DNA of 64,000 nucleotides from the NCBI GenBank assembly GCA_000002435.2, contig CM018789.1; one strand, 5' to 3'. The DNA comes from Giardia intestinalis (lineage: Eukaryota). This document shows positions 20,108 to 28,835 of this stretch, piece after piece. A program made the position numbers and the translations under genes. Numbering within the stretch: the first letter of the stretch is position 1; each line of letters starts with the position of its first letter. Below the pieces are notes generated by a model, which saw nothing but the letters and a program-made list of their open reading frames with translations, was not told where the DNA came from and searched no databases.

Positions 20108-22468
20108 CTAAACAACCCTGTTAAACGATTGGAGGATCTCTCTAGCAGAATATCCTGTGAGAGCATAGCAGCACCATTCATTATCTCCTAGTAGAGTGGG
20201 GGAGAGCGCCTGAAGAGCTTGGCAAAGTTCTGGTGGCTGTTGACCAATTCGGTCCATAAGAATGCTCACCAGTAATTCAACATAGCTCTTAGCAAGTGTG
20301 TAGCAGGACTCTGTGTCGACTTCCTTCAAAAAGCTCTCAAGGCTGTTCTTGTCTGGAAACAAATCCCATCTTCTGATTATGTCTAATATTTCCTTATAGT
20401 TTTGATCGCTTTGTGCCAAGAGCACCAATATATGGGGAGCAAGAACCAATGCATCATTGCTTATTCCAAACATGTGGTCACTCAGAAGTTCCGCAAGCTT
20501 CTTTGAATGCACCTCCTGACCAGAGACTCTATAAAAGATATCGCGGCTTAGATACTGCGAACTGAGCAAATTGTAATAGCAGGATAGCATCTTAGCGACC
20601 AGTAATTTCCCAATATCAACACATATAAGAGCTAGCTCCTTGCTTTGGAGGAATCCCAAGAGCATGTTGGTCCCTTCGCTACTGAACATGGTGGTGGCGC
20701 CACACAGTATGGGCCTTGTATCCCTATTGAGAGCTGGAAGTGTGCCTGGATTGTACGCAGCAGGAAGACTATCTATAAGTCTTTGAATGCCTATACTTGC
20801 CAAAGCACGACGAGACCTCTTGCTATACTCACCAAATTCTTTGTCAAAGAAAGCCATGTAATTCAGCGGTTCAGCATTCTGTGCCTGGATATCCTGAACC
20901 TGTTGAATAATTACCACATCGTCTGTTATAGCAGTATCAGATATGTCTGTAGTCTGATTTTCTTTACTTTCCCTATCACAGTCTACTTGTTTCCCCTCTC
21001 CTTCTTGATCATGGGAATCAATGTGATGAGAGAGCTGAAGTGGAGGACTGCATGGAGCCGATGTTTGGGTGTTTGGTGGCTCTCTCTCACGTGGGGTTCT
21101 CTGCACGTTTTCAAATCGAAGAATTGAGACCATTGAAGGATCATGCCTTTGCTTGTACAGGGGGCTGCTTGTGCCTTTGAACGACGAGTCCAGAGTATTA
21201 ATCAGCCGATTGCTTTTCTGAACTGAGTTATCAGTAGGTGCCAATCGGGGCCGAAGCTTTGTTTTAGGTTGAGATAATAACTGTTCCGCTGTTTTCACAT
21301 GATGCTCCTTCATGTGCTGTGTTAGCATATCAATAACTGCTGTGTATATCACTTCTTCCTCGAGGAGTAGTACCCTCTCTTTGGAAGGGTGAACATTGGG
21401 GTCACAGCCACCAGGATCAACTGCAATCCATAGTATCCCTGCCTGAATGGTGCTAAAAGCAGATAGATATATATCAACTACACTCTGAACGGCATTCTTT
21501 AGACGTGGGTACTGTACCCTTCGACCATTAATAAATATCAGAAGATTAATAAGGCGTTTGTCTTGTCGTGAATGATCTACTGGATCAACGAAGTAGAAAG
21601 ATAGCTCTCTGCATGTATCACAAGGATAGTGCTTGACGAGAGACTGAACCTGCAGCGGCTCGGTCCCACAACCTTTAGTTTGACTTAATAATGCAGTCAA
21701 TACTTGGAGGAACCGCTGGTACCTTGTCGTCGTAGAGCTGAAGTGGAGGGTTGCAGTTCCAAACTCAATAGTGTATGAAATAAGCGATAGCATGCCGGAT
21801 ATGTGTTGTGTGTCGTTGAGCCAAGATTGAATCTCTCTTTGAATGGCCTGGGGATTATCTATAAACGAAATAGAATATTCTCTCGTAGGGTTAGCAGCAG
21901 AAATAGATATTAAGAGCTCTTGCAAATCTAAACTAGTTTTCGAACTGCGGATTTGATTACGCCTAATTGGTTCTGCATAGAAGAGATCGGTAACACAAAT
22001 TATGGTGAAAGAATCCGCCTTTAAGGTGCTGATGAAGAAGTCAGTGTGCTCAGATGTAAGTGTCTTTGGGTCGAAGTGAAGCTTTCCGTCTATGTACACG
22101 GCCACGTATGCAGGTTGATTCTTTGTTTTGGAAACAACTATCATACGGCTTACATAACTAATAGATGAAAGAGCCTCTCCTCTGAAACCAAAGGACTGGA
22201 TACTGTAAATGTCACTAAAGGTTTCAATCTTGCTCGTTGCAAACCGGTGGCAGAGGAGGGAGTAGTCTGTCCGTTCTATGCCGTGGCCTGTGTCGCAAAC
22301 CATTAGCAGATCATAGCAATTGCTGCTAACGAACAACCTGATTGTTGGTGCATCTGCATCAGTCGCGTTTTCTACCAGCTCCTTGGCAACGTTAAATGGT
22401 CGCTGGATCACCTCTCCTGCAGCCATTTTGGCTACTGTTTCGGGGTCCAAAATGCGGATCGGGGGCAT
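20108..22468 (-). CDS. DNA mismatch repair protein, MutL homologue (MLH1-like)
   Basis: N-terminal GHKL ATPase: IRILDPETVAKMAAGEVIQRPFNVAKELVENATDA...CDTGHGIERTDYSLLCHRFATSKIETFSDIYSIQSFGFRGEALSSISYVS, essentially the MLH1 N-terminus. No DQHA(x)2E(x)4E endonuclease motif in the C-terminus, which favours MLH1 over PMS. ATG confirmed (CAT at 22466-22468). Confidence 0.8.
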   Translation of the reverse strand: MPPIRILDPETVAKMAAGEVIQRPFNVAKELVENATDADAPTIRLFVSSNCYDLLMVCDTGHGIERTDYSLLCHRFATSKIETFSDIYSIQSFGFRGEALSSISYVSRMIVVSKTKNQPAYVAVYIDGKLHFDPKTLTSEHTDFFISTLKADSFTIICVTDLFYAEPIRRNQIRSSKTSLDLQELLISISAANPTREYSISFIDNPQAIQREIQSWLNDTQHISGMLSLISYTIEFGTATLHFSSTTTRYQRFLQVLTALLSQTKGCGTEPLQVQSLVKHYPCDTCRELSFYFVDPVDHSRQDKRLINLLIFINGRRVQYPRLKNAVQSVVDIYLSAFSTIQAGILWIAVDPGGCDPNVHPSKERVLLLEEEVIYTAVIDMLTQHMKEHHVKTAEQLLSQPKTKLRPRLAPTDNSVQKSNRLINTLDSSFKGTSSPLYKQRHDPSMVSILRFENVQRTPREREPPNTQTSAPCSPPLQLSHHIDSHDQEGEGKQVDCDRESKENQTTDISDTAITDDVVIIQQVQDIQAQNAEPLNYMAFFDKEFGEYSKRSRRALASIGIQRLIDSLPAAYNPGTLPALNRDTRPILCGATTMFSSEGTNMLLGFLQSKELALICVDIGKLLVAKMLSCYYNLLSSQYLSRDIFYRVSGQEVHSKKLAELLSDHMFGISNDALVLAPHILVLLAQSDQNYKEILDIIRRWDLFPDKNSLESFLKEVDTESCYTLAKSYVELLVSILMDRIGQQPPELCQALQALSPTLLGDNEWCCYALTGYSAREILQSFNRVV

Positions 22469-22534
22469 TTTCGAGGATCTTGAGGGTCAAGAAGGCCTAA
22501 AAAGGCTCAAAAGTAGCAATAATTAAAAAAGATC

Positions 22535-24916
22535 ATGACAGATGTCTATCACCACGACCAGGAGGAATCGGAGTCTCTTATTTCGAAGTATCTCGGATCG
22601 GACAGCGAGGAGTCGTCTGAGGATACCAGTCGCGCCACTCCCGAAGAGCAAGCCCATCAAGTCATCAATAAAAGTGTAGAGGCCATCGCAGAATCCATCG
22701 AAACGGGAAGATGGGATATCATATATTCCTCCTTTTCAACCCTCAGCGACTCCTTTGGAAAGTACCATCGCATGCTGCGCGGCGAGATGCCCAGAAATTG
22801 GCTTCTAGCCATGCATCGTGTTTTGGAAACCTTTGCTGAATGCTCATCAAGCGGAGCATCCACCATAGCGAGATCTAACCGGAAGTATTTCAACGCGCTT
22901 AAGACGTTTCTTGAAGACGAGAAGAACCGGCCTGTGGTCTCTTATGTGCGTGCTGAGTATGATGCATATCTAAAGAAGCAGCTAGAAGATGCCTCAGAGG
23001 CTCAGGCAGTAGGGGCGATGGTCCCCATGGTGGAGATAAAAAGGGATGACGGACTGAACGTAGCAAGGATACTGAGCTTCTTCCGAATATCTTTTGAGTC
23101 TGAGGATGAGCATCTGGCCATTGTTCAAGATGAAGTGGCTGCACCAAATGCACAGGAAGCCACTACTTTGACCATTTCAGGCCATGAGATTTTCAAAGTG
23201 GCGACTCTGCACATAAACAAGCATAATTTCTCCCAGTTGCATGCACACCTTCTTCGTTCTGATTCTCCCCGGCATATCTTACATGCATACGTCCTATTTC
23301 TCGAGAGATTGGCTGCAAGCGGGTGTGTGGACTACCCCTCCGATGTGCAGGCATGCCTAAGGTGCATCCTTGCGCTTTTGCAGCAGAATGACAACAAGAG
23401 CTTGCTGGGACAGACGTATGATAGCACTGCTCAGGAGCCGAGCTTGTCCACACCATTTATTACTAGACTCCTGACGGGACTGTCCAGCCTGAGTAATCTA
23501 TATGAGCTGAAGGACGTAATATACTACATTTACTTGTCTGTTTTCATATCTTATTATTCCACCAATGGGAAACTAGAGTCCGCCATATTTCGCACTGTGG
23601 CCAACTACGCTAAGAATCTGTTGCGCGATGGATGCTCTGCCACTGTGCGCTATGGGGATGTTCTCAGTACCTGTTCCAATGCTTCTAAGTCCGCATCTGT
23701 TGACCCTCTGACCCTGGTGCCCACATGCAGCGACGATGTTGCGCCTGTCCCCCAAAGTAGTGAGCTGTTGAGGGCAGAGTTTACCAGAACCTTCCCAGAG
23801 GCTTCTAAGATCTTCACTACTTATCTGGCTGGGCACGTGTTCTTTAGGTCCAAGTATCTATATTTGCTTTACGTAGCAGGAACCCAACGTCCAGGCTCTC
23901 TTGCTGGCAATGCAGCTATTCCCTTGCCGGAGATCACCGAGGAGGTTACCCGTAAAGCCCCACGAGAGGGAGTTTCGTTTCCGTTCACTAAAGAGGCTAT
24001 TAGTGAAGATCGAGGCATTTCAGAGAGCGGAGACAAGTACGACGAGGTTATGGAGAGGAGGCATTGGCAGCTATCGTATGTTAGGCTGGCCATCGCTTGC
24101 TCCCTCGATAACGAGCTGTCACCGTACACATATGACCTCTTCATGTCTGAGCAAGAGCGTACCGTGGAGGACGCGAGGAAAGTGCGCGATTCTCGTCACA
24201 CCGACGAAGTCAGTCTCCTGGCACTCAATCATACTGACATAGACTACATCTTTCTGCGCTTGCACTACTGCATTGGAATCAAGGCATTCGCCAATGGCCG
24301 GATGCATCAGGCCTCAACGCATCTCCTTTTGATCAGCAGTCTTTTCAAGGGCGAGCGCCAGACGATATCCCCTTTTCTACCCTCTGTGCACGCCTTCGAA
24401 GCGGAGAGCATCGTATCGTGGCTAGACAGCGACCTGATAGAGGCCGCCTGCCTTCTATCTACGCTCTGTAGTAAGTTCGCTCTACTTCATAACCGGGCAC
24501 ACACAGTGGCTAACCAGCACCTGACCCCTCTTCAGAGGCTAGTTTTACAGAAGATTCTGCAGCTCGTTGACGTCGGTCGCCAAGTTAACGCCACTCCATA
24601 TGAGTACGCTATTGCTCTTGCGTTCAAGTGCTTATCGCACAACAACCATGACGGGGCCATAAGCGCAATCATCACATGCCCCACGTGGCGCTGTTTAAGG
24701 TACTACAATACACATTATGAAAGGTGCTTAGAGGAAGCCATAAAGGTCTTGTCACTAAAGTTTTGGATAATGAACTATCATGCAGTGGTATCTTCAATCT
24801 ATCTAATTGACCTTGCAAAGACCTACGGGCTCTCAGAGGATAAGATCAAGACCTGTCTCAGGGGCGTGTCCAATATTCATATCAAGGAGGACATTGTAGA
24901 GTTCCGCATTCAGTAA
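22535..24916 (+). CDS. Hypothetical protein (793 aa) with acidic/Ser-rich N-terminus; possibly eIF3c/NIP1-like (weak)
   Basis: Clean 2.4 kb ORF. ATG at 22535 preceded by 'aataattaaaaaagatc'. N-terminus DQEESESLISKYLGSDSEESSEDTS is reminiscent of eIF3c, but I cannot confirm a PCI domain by eye. Confidence 0.55.
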   Translation: MTDVYHHDQEESESLISKYLGSDSEESSEDTSRATPEEQAHQVINKSVEAIAESIETGRWDIIYSSFSTLSDSFGKYHRMLRGEMPRNWLLAMHRVLETFAECSSSGASTIARSNRKYFNALKTFLEDEKNRPVVSYVRAEYDAYLKKQLEDASEAQAVGAMVPMVEIKRDDGLNVARILSFFRISFESEDEHLAIVQDEVAAPNAQEATTLTISGHEIFKVATLHINKHNFSQLHAHLLRSDSPRHILHAYVLFLERLAASGCVDYPSDVQACLRCILALLQQNDNKSLLGQTYDSTAQEPSLSTPFITRLLTGLSSLSNLYELKDVIYYIYLSVFISYYSTNGKLESAIFRTVANYAKNLLRDGCSATVRYGDVLSTCSNASKSASVDPLTLVPTCSDDVAPVPQSSELLRAEFTRTFPEASKIFTTYLAGHVFFRSKYLYLLYVAGTQRPGSLAGNAAIPLPEITEEVTRKAPREGVSFPFTKEAISEDRGISESGDKYDEVMERRHWQLSYVRLAIACSLDNELSPYTYDLFMSEQERTVEDARKVRDSRHTDEVSLLALNHTDIDYIFLRLHYCIGIKAFANGRMHQASTHLLLISSLFKGERQTISPFLPSVHAFEAESIVSWLDSDLIEAACLLSTLCSKFALLHNRAHTVANQHLTPLQRLVLQKILQLVDVGRQVNATPYEYAIALAFKCLSHNNHDGAISAIITCPTWRCLRYYNTHYERCLEEAIKVLSLKFWIMNYHAVVSSIYLIDLAKTYGLSEDKIKTCLRGVSNIHIKEDIVEFRIQ

Positions 24917-24918
24917 AC
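24912..24918 (+). promoter_or_regulatory. PolyA signal AGTAAAC overlapping the stop codon
   Basis: 'cAGTAAACta': the TAA stop at 24914-24916 is embedded in AGTAAAC, the canonical Giardia polyadenylation motif. Confidence 0.45.
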
Positions 24919-25285
24919 TACCCGTAGTAGCATGCACGGGCACAATCAAGTGCATGCCCTGCAACGTGCGTCTGGGTTTGAGTGCGCTGCTCATGCGTCT
25001 ATGCAAGGCATATGAAAAACCTCCAGGCTACTCACTTAGCGCTTTAGGAGCACACGTCTAGTACGTTATAGAAATTTAAATAAACGCATTGAACAGGGGG
25101 CAATATCTTTAGACAAGATTATCCTATTATACTATACACTACAATTTGGTTACACAGAGGGCGACGGCATCATACAGAGCTTGTACTACGAGTGTCACAT
25201 CTTACGATTCTGTTAACGGATACTATATACCCTCCCGCCTGTAGCTTTTCCGAAAACCAAGTGTTGCTGAGATTCGTCGTGAGCA

Positions 25286-28200
25286 ATGCTTGGGCTTTTA
25301 TCACTACAAATTGGTTGTCTAGGAGCCGGATGCATAAACCTGTGTGCTTCTGGATCAGATATATGTGCTCCAGATGGAATTTGTCGTATTACATGTAATA
25401 AACAAGACGAGTGCTCTGAAAAACTGGGTCTTCCGTCTCGGTTAGTAGGATGCATAAGTCAAGCATGCTATCAAGCATGCTCTTACCAGGGCACGTGCAT
25501 TTACCCTGCAGGCCAGAAGTGCACCAATGGGCACTGCTCCATGGGATGTACTAATAACCAGGGATGCGGAAAGGATCAGCGCTGCATCACCTCTGGTTCT
25601 GCTGAAGGAGTGTGCGGCTGGAGCTGCAAAGGGTCTTGTGCAGGCCGGACCTCTTGCGGAATAGACGGCATCTGTCGCCAGACATGTGCTAGTGACACCG
25701 ACTGTCCCACTGGCTCCGTCTGTAGAGACGAGTCTTGCTTCAGGACATGCACGGAATCCAAGGAGTGCTTATCAGAGGGGAGGCTTCACTGCTGGAATGG
25801 CGTCTGCAGGCAGAAGTGCGCCCAGGCCACCGACTGCCCCAGTGGCTACATGTGCTCGCTCGCAGGAGACTGCGAAAAGGTCTGCCACTTCAACGCGGAC
25901 TGCAGCGTTATCACTGGAGAGGCGTGTATTAATGGGCACTGCAAAGACGGGTGCAAGGATGATGCTGACTGTTCTTCCTCACAAACCTGCAACATCTCCA
26001 CCTCATCAAGTACGGGCACCTGTGTCTGGAAGTGTAGCACCGATTGCTCTGCAGATCAGGTTTGCGGGGCTGACGGTATCTGCCGCAACCAATGCAGCAA
26101 GTGCCAGGACAAGGAAGAATGCCTCTACGGCTCTTGCTTTAAGAAGTGTAACAGTGATATTGACTGCACAGGAACCCCAAATCTGTCCTGCATAGGCTTC
26201 CACTGCATGGCTGTCTGCGTCAGCAACGTGGATTGCACAGGCGGCCGGCTGTGCTCCTTCGAGGGAACCTGCAACTACCAATGCAAGGGCGTTGCCTGCC
26301 CACACCCTTCCCTGTGTGCACTGGATGGGGTGTGTCGCTTCAAGACCGAGACGTGCCAAGATGGTTACACCAAGGGCCTGGATGACGGATTCTGCTATCT
26401 GACATGTGACTCCAAAAACAGCGACAGTCCCTGCGATCCAATGAGGACAGGCACAAACAATAAGCCCTTGGACCCCAGTGTTTTCGAGAGCAACGCCAAT
26501 TACAATCCTCAGCAGCTGGCTGCCCAAGCCACATCTCCCCTGAACCAGATCTCTATGACCTGTGCCGGCGGTAACCTGTGCAAGGCTGGCTGCATCATCG
26601 ACAGCGACTGCCCGCTGCTGAGCGTGTGCGACCAGGAGACCCACAGATGCGTGCGGCGAGCGGACGCCCCCGTTTTGGCAGAGATAAAGGGCTGTTGGCA
26701 CGAGGACATCAGCCTGCAAGCAAGCTATGGAAACCTATCATTCACTTTAAACGTGCGTCCCAGAAACACCGCCGAGTGCAGGGCAGCGTTTTCCACGATG
26801 GCCATTGTCCGACTCAACCTATCAGACTACGAAGACACCATAGTGCAGACTCTATCCGATTTTAGCTTCTCAAATACAAACATGATAAGGCTCGCGTGTA
26901 ATCCCAGCTCCTTGCAGAGCTGCAAGCTGGCGATGATAACAAGCACGTCCGCCTCTGTTTCCATAGAGTCAGCGACGCATATCATGTCGACTATTATAAG
27001 TGACACAGTTCTCGATAAGTACGACTATAACACTTGCTTTGTACCCATGCAATCTGCGATCAATCTGATTAAGTTGCTCGACGGTAGTCCAACACAACTA
27101 TGTGTATTTATCGCATGGAATAGGTCGTGTCCGTATCTCTATAGTAACAAGCTTATAGCGTCGACCCTTGTCGTCCACTCTGATAATGGTTCGGTCTCTC
27201 AAGATGACAAGTATCACCTTCCTCCAGAGATCATGTTACCTTCAAAGGAAGTATATTGCACGGTAATAGATGAGAGTGATGAGAACATAGCCAACAAGGT
27301 TACGACTTACTTTAATGAAATATGGCTATCTGGTATCCTGTTCTTGGATTTACTGATCGATGAAGTGCAAACAGAGATACAAATTGAGCTATCCGGACTC
27401 ACCACAACTTTTATGAAGGCTTGCATGCAAAGTGTCGGTGTCATTATTTCGCCTGTCAGTATTTTCAGTATAGTGAAGGGACATGAATCTGCCAATGGGG
27501 AATCCTGTGTTATCCCAGAAGCTATTCAACGAATTGTGCTAACAACAGTTGTTAAGGATTATGATATAAACGAATTTATAGTCTCAGAAAGAATCTTATC
27601 TTCTTTCTCTTATGCCTCGACAACATCATTGGTATCTATCTGTGGCACAGGATATCGCAGGACGACACCTTCTAAGGACTGTTATAACTTTTTCAGCAGT
27701 ATCTCCAGTACAAATCTAAGTACCTTAGATGGGTATATGCGCATAGCACTATATGATACCATAGATAGCATGTCCACTAATCCAGTAATTAGATCTATCT
27801 TCTATTACACAACATACAACCTTGGGTGCTATAACGGAACCGTAGTCATAGTGGAACCCACAGTCCTCAGCCTGCGCCTCCAAGAGTCTGGGGCCAAGGA
27901 TTGCAGCATCCCTACCCTGGAGCAGGCCGCCATCTGGCAGGGAGTCGACCTTGTCAACGTGTCAAGTACCCGTCTGAATGAGGCCGGCGCCCTCGTCTAC
28001 ACGATCACTGCCGAGATATACACCAACTCCTCCATGCTCCTTTCAATGGGGAAGCTTGCAAAGCAAGGCACCTTCAGCAGAGATACAGACGTGCTCAGGT
28101 TCTCGTGCGAAACAGACTGGGTACCGGGTTTTGGCACGGAGTACGCTGGAATGAGTTGCCAGAGAGTCCTTGCCGAATTGTGGAACAAAAAGGAGACAGC

Positions 28201-28477
28201 CCTCGTGGGCCTCACCATAGACGGCGTCACTAACACTAGTATACACTCGGGGTTCATCCCCAGCATCACAATCCAATCCCAGGACTACAACACCACGTAC
28301 ATCATCACCTTCTCCGTTGCCGCGGCCTTTGCTGTGGCGCTGAACGCTATGGCAATCGTTTTGTGGGTCCGGCTAAATAAAGATGTCAAGGCCCTAAACC
28401 TTAAGATAAAAAACCGACATTATCAAAGAAATCAACACAACCAGGGGGTTAACAGTATTGTATTAGGTTCTAATTAG
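25286..28477 (+). CDS. Cysteine-rich type I membrane protein (HCMP-like family) with atypical two-part ectodomain
   Basis: Signal-peptide-like N-terminus MLGLLSLQIGCLGAGCINLCAS. About 430 aa of ~23-residue Cys repeats of the form C-x3-DC-x2-G-x2-C-x4-6-C-x3-C (e.g. CASDTDCPTGSVCRDESCFRTC, CAQATDCPSGYMCSLAGDCEKVC, CVSNVDCTGGRLCSFEGTC). Then ~550 aa that are Cys-poor. Then a single TM helix YIITFSVAAAFAVALNAMAIVLWV and a ~35 aa basic tail. ATG at 25286 confirmed. Flanked by unusually long intergenic regions (~360 bp each side). Confidence 0.7.
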   Translation: MLGLLSLQIGCLGAGCINLCASGSDICAPDGICRITCNKQDECSEKLGLPSRLVGCISQACYQACSYQGTCIYPAGQKCTNGHCSMGCTNNQGCGKDQRCITSGSAEGVCGWSCKGSCAGRTSCGIDGICRQTCASDTDCPTGSVCRDESCFRTCTESKECLSEGRLHCWNGVCRQKCAQATDCPSGYMCSLAGDCEKVCHFNADCSVITGEACINGHCKDGCKDDADCSSSQTCNISTSSSTGTCVWKCSTDCSADQVCGADGICRNQCSKCQDKEECLYGSCFKKCNSDIDCTGTPNLSCIGFHCMAVCVSNVDCTGGRLCSFEGTCNYQCKGVACPHPSLCALDGVCRFKTETCQDGYTKGLDDGFCYLTCDSKNSDSPCDPMRTGTNNKPLDPSVFESNANYNPQQLAAQATSPLNQISMTCAGGNLCKAGCIIDSDCPLLSVCDQETHRCVRRADAPVLAEIKGCWHEDISLQASYGNLSFTLNVRPRNTAECRAAFSTMAIVRLNLSDYEDTIVQTLSDFSFSNTNMIRLACNPSSLQSCKLAMITSTSASVSIESATHIMSTIISDTVLDKYDYNTCFVPMQSAINLIKLLDGSPTQLCVFIAWNRSCPYLYSNKLIASTLVVHSDNGSVSQDDKYHLPPEIMLPSKEVYCTVIDESDENIANKVTTYFNEIWLSGILFLDLLIDEVQTEIQIELSGLTTTFMKACMQSVGVIISPVSIFSIVKGHESANGESCVIPEAIQRIVLTTVVKDYDINEFIVSERILSSFSYASTTSLVSICGTGYRRTTPSKDCYNFFSSISSTNLSTLDGYMRIALYDTIDSMSTNPVIRSIFYYTTYNLGCYNGTVVIVEPTVLSLRLQESGAKDCSIPTLEQAAIWQGVDLVNVSSTRLNEAGALVYTITAEIYTNSSMLLSMGKLAKQGTFSRDTDVLRFSCETDWVPGFGTEYAGMSCQRVLAELWNKKETALVGLTIDGVTNTSIHSGFIPSITIQSQDYNTTYIITFSVAAAFAVALNAMAIVLWVRLNKDVKALNLKIKNRHYQRNQHNQGVNSIVLGSN

Positions 28478-28835
28478 TGTATGCTTTTCGGTATAACTGT
28501 AAATGAAGTTTATCTAGCTTTAGATGGCTTTGTATATATCTAGTACTACAACTGGTACATTAATGTAAGCCTAAAGTAAAAAGCATAATATACAATACCA
28601 CCAGCATTCAGAGATAGGCCCTTGTAACAAGAGTGGTATTGGTAGACATATGGACACTACTACAAGCAGTTTCAAAAGATTCATATTGTATTATAATACA
28701 ATTTAAACATGAATAAGAACAGTTATGTCCAAAACCCCAGTGACTACAATCTCGTGAGCAGTCACTGTCGCAAGATTCATGCACATAAATTAGTTGACAG
28801 TGTTCAGTATGTTTGGTTATCCTTTAAAAAGTATT

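Noticed and set aside
24930-24957. Perfect 8-bp-stem hairpin (GCATGCAC … GTGCATGC, 12-nt loop) just 3' of a gene, as a possible terminator
   Set aside because: Giardia mRNA 3' ends are defined by AGTRAAY polyA signals, and one overlaps the stop here. An intrinsic-terminator-type hairpin has no established role, so this is most likely coincidental palindromy. Noted only.
26006-26719. Long antisense ORFs (for example 237 aa on the minus strand) overlapping the cysteine-rich membrane gene and the GC-rich island (40449-41246, 45704-46756, 47406-48125, 47926-48942 and others)
   Set aside because: Their translations are low-complexity Arg/Pro/Gly/Ala-rich strings typical of stop-poor GC-rich DNA. 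They overlap better-supported genes on the other strand.
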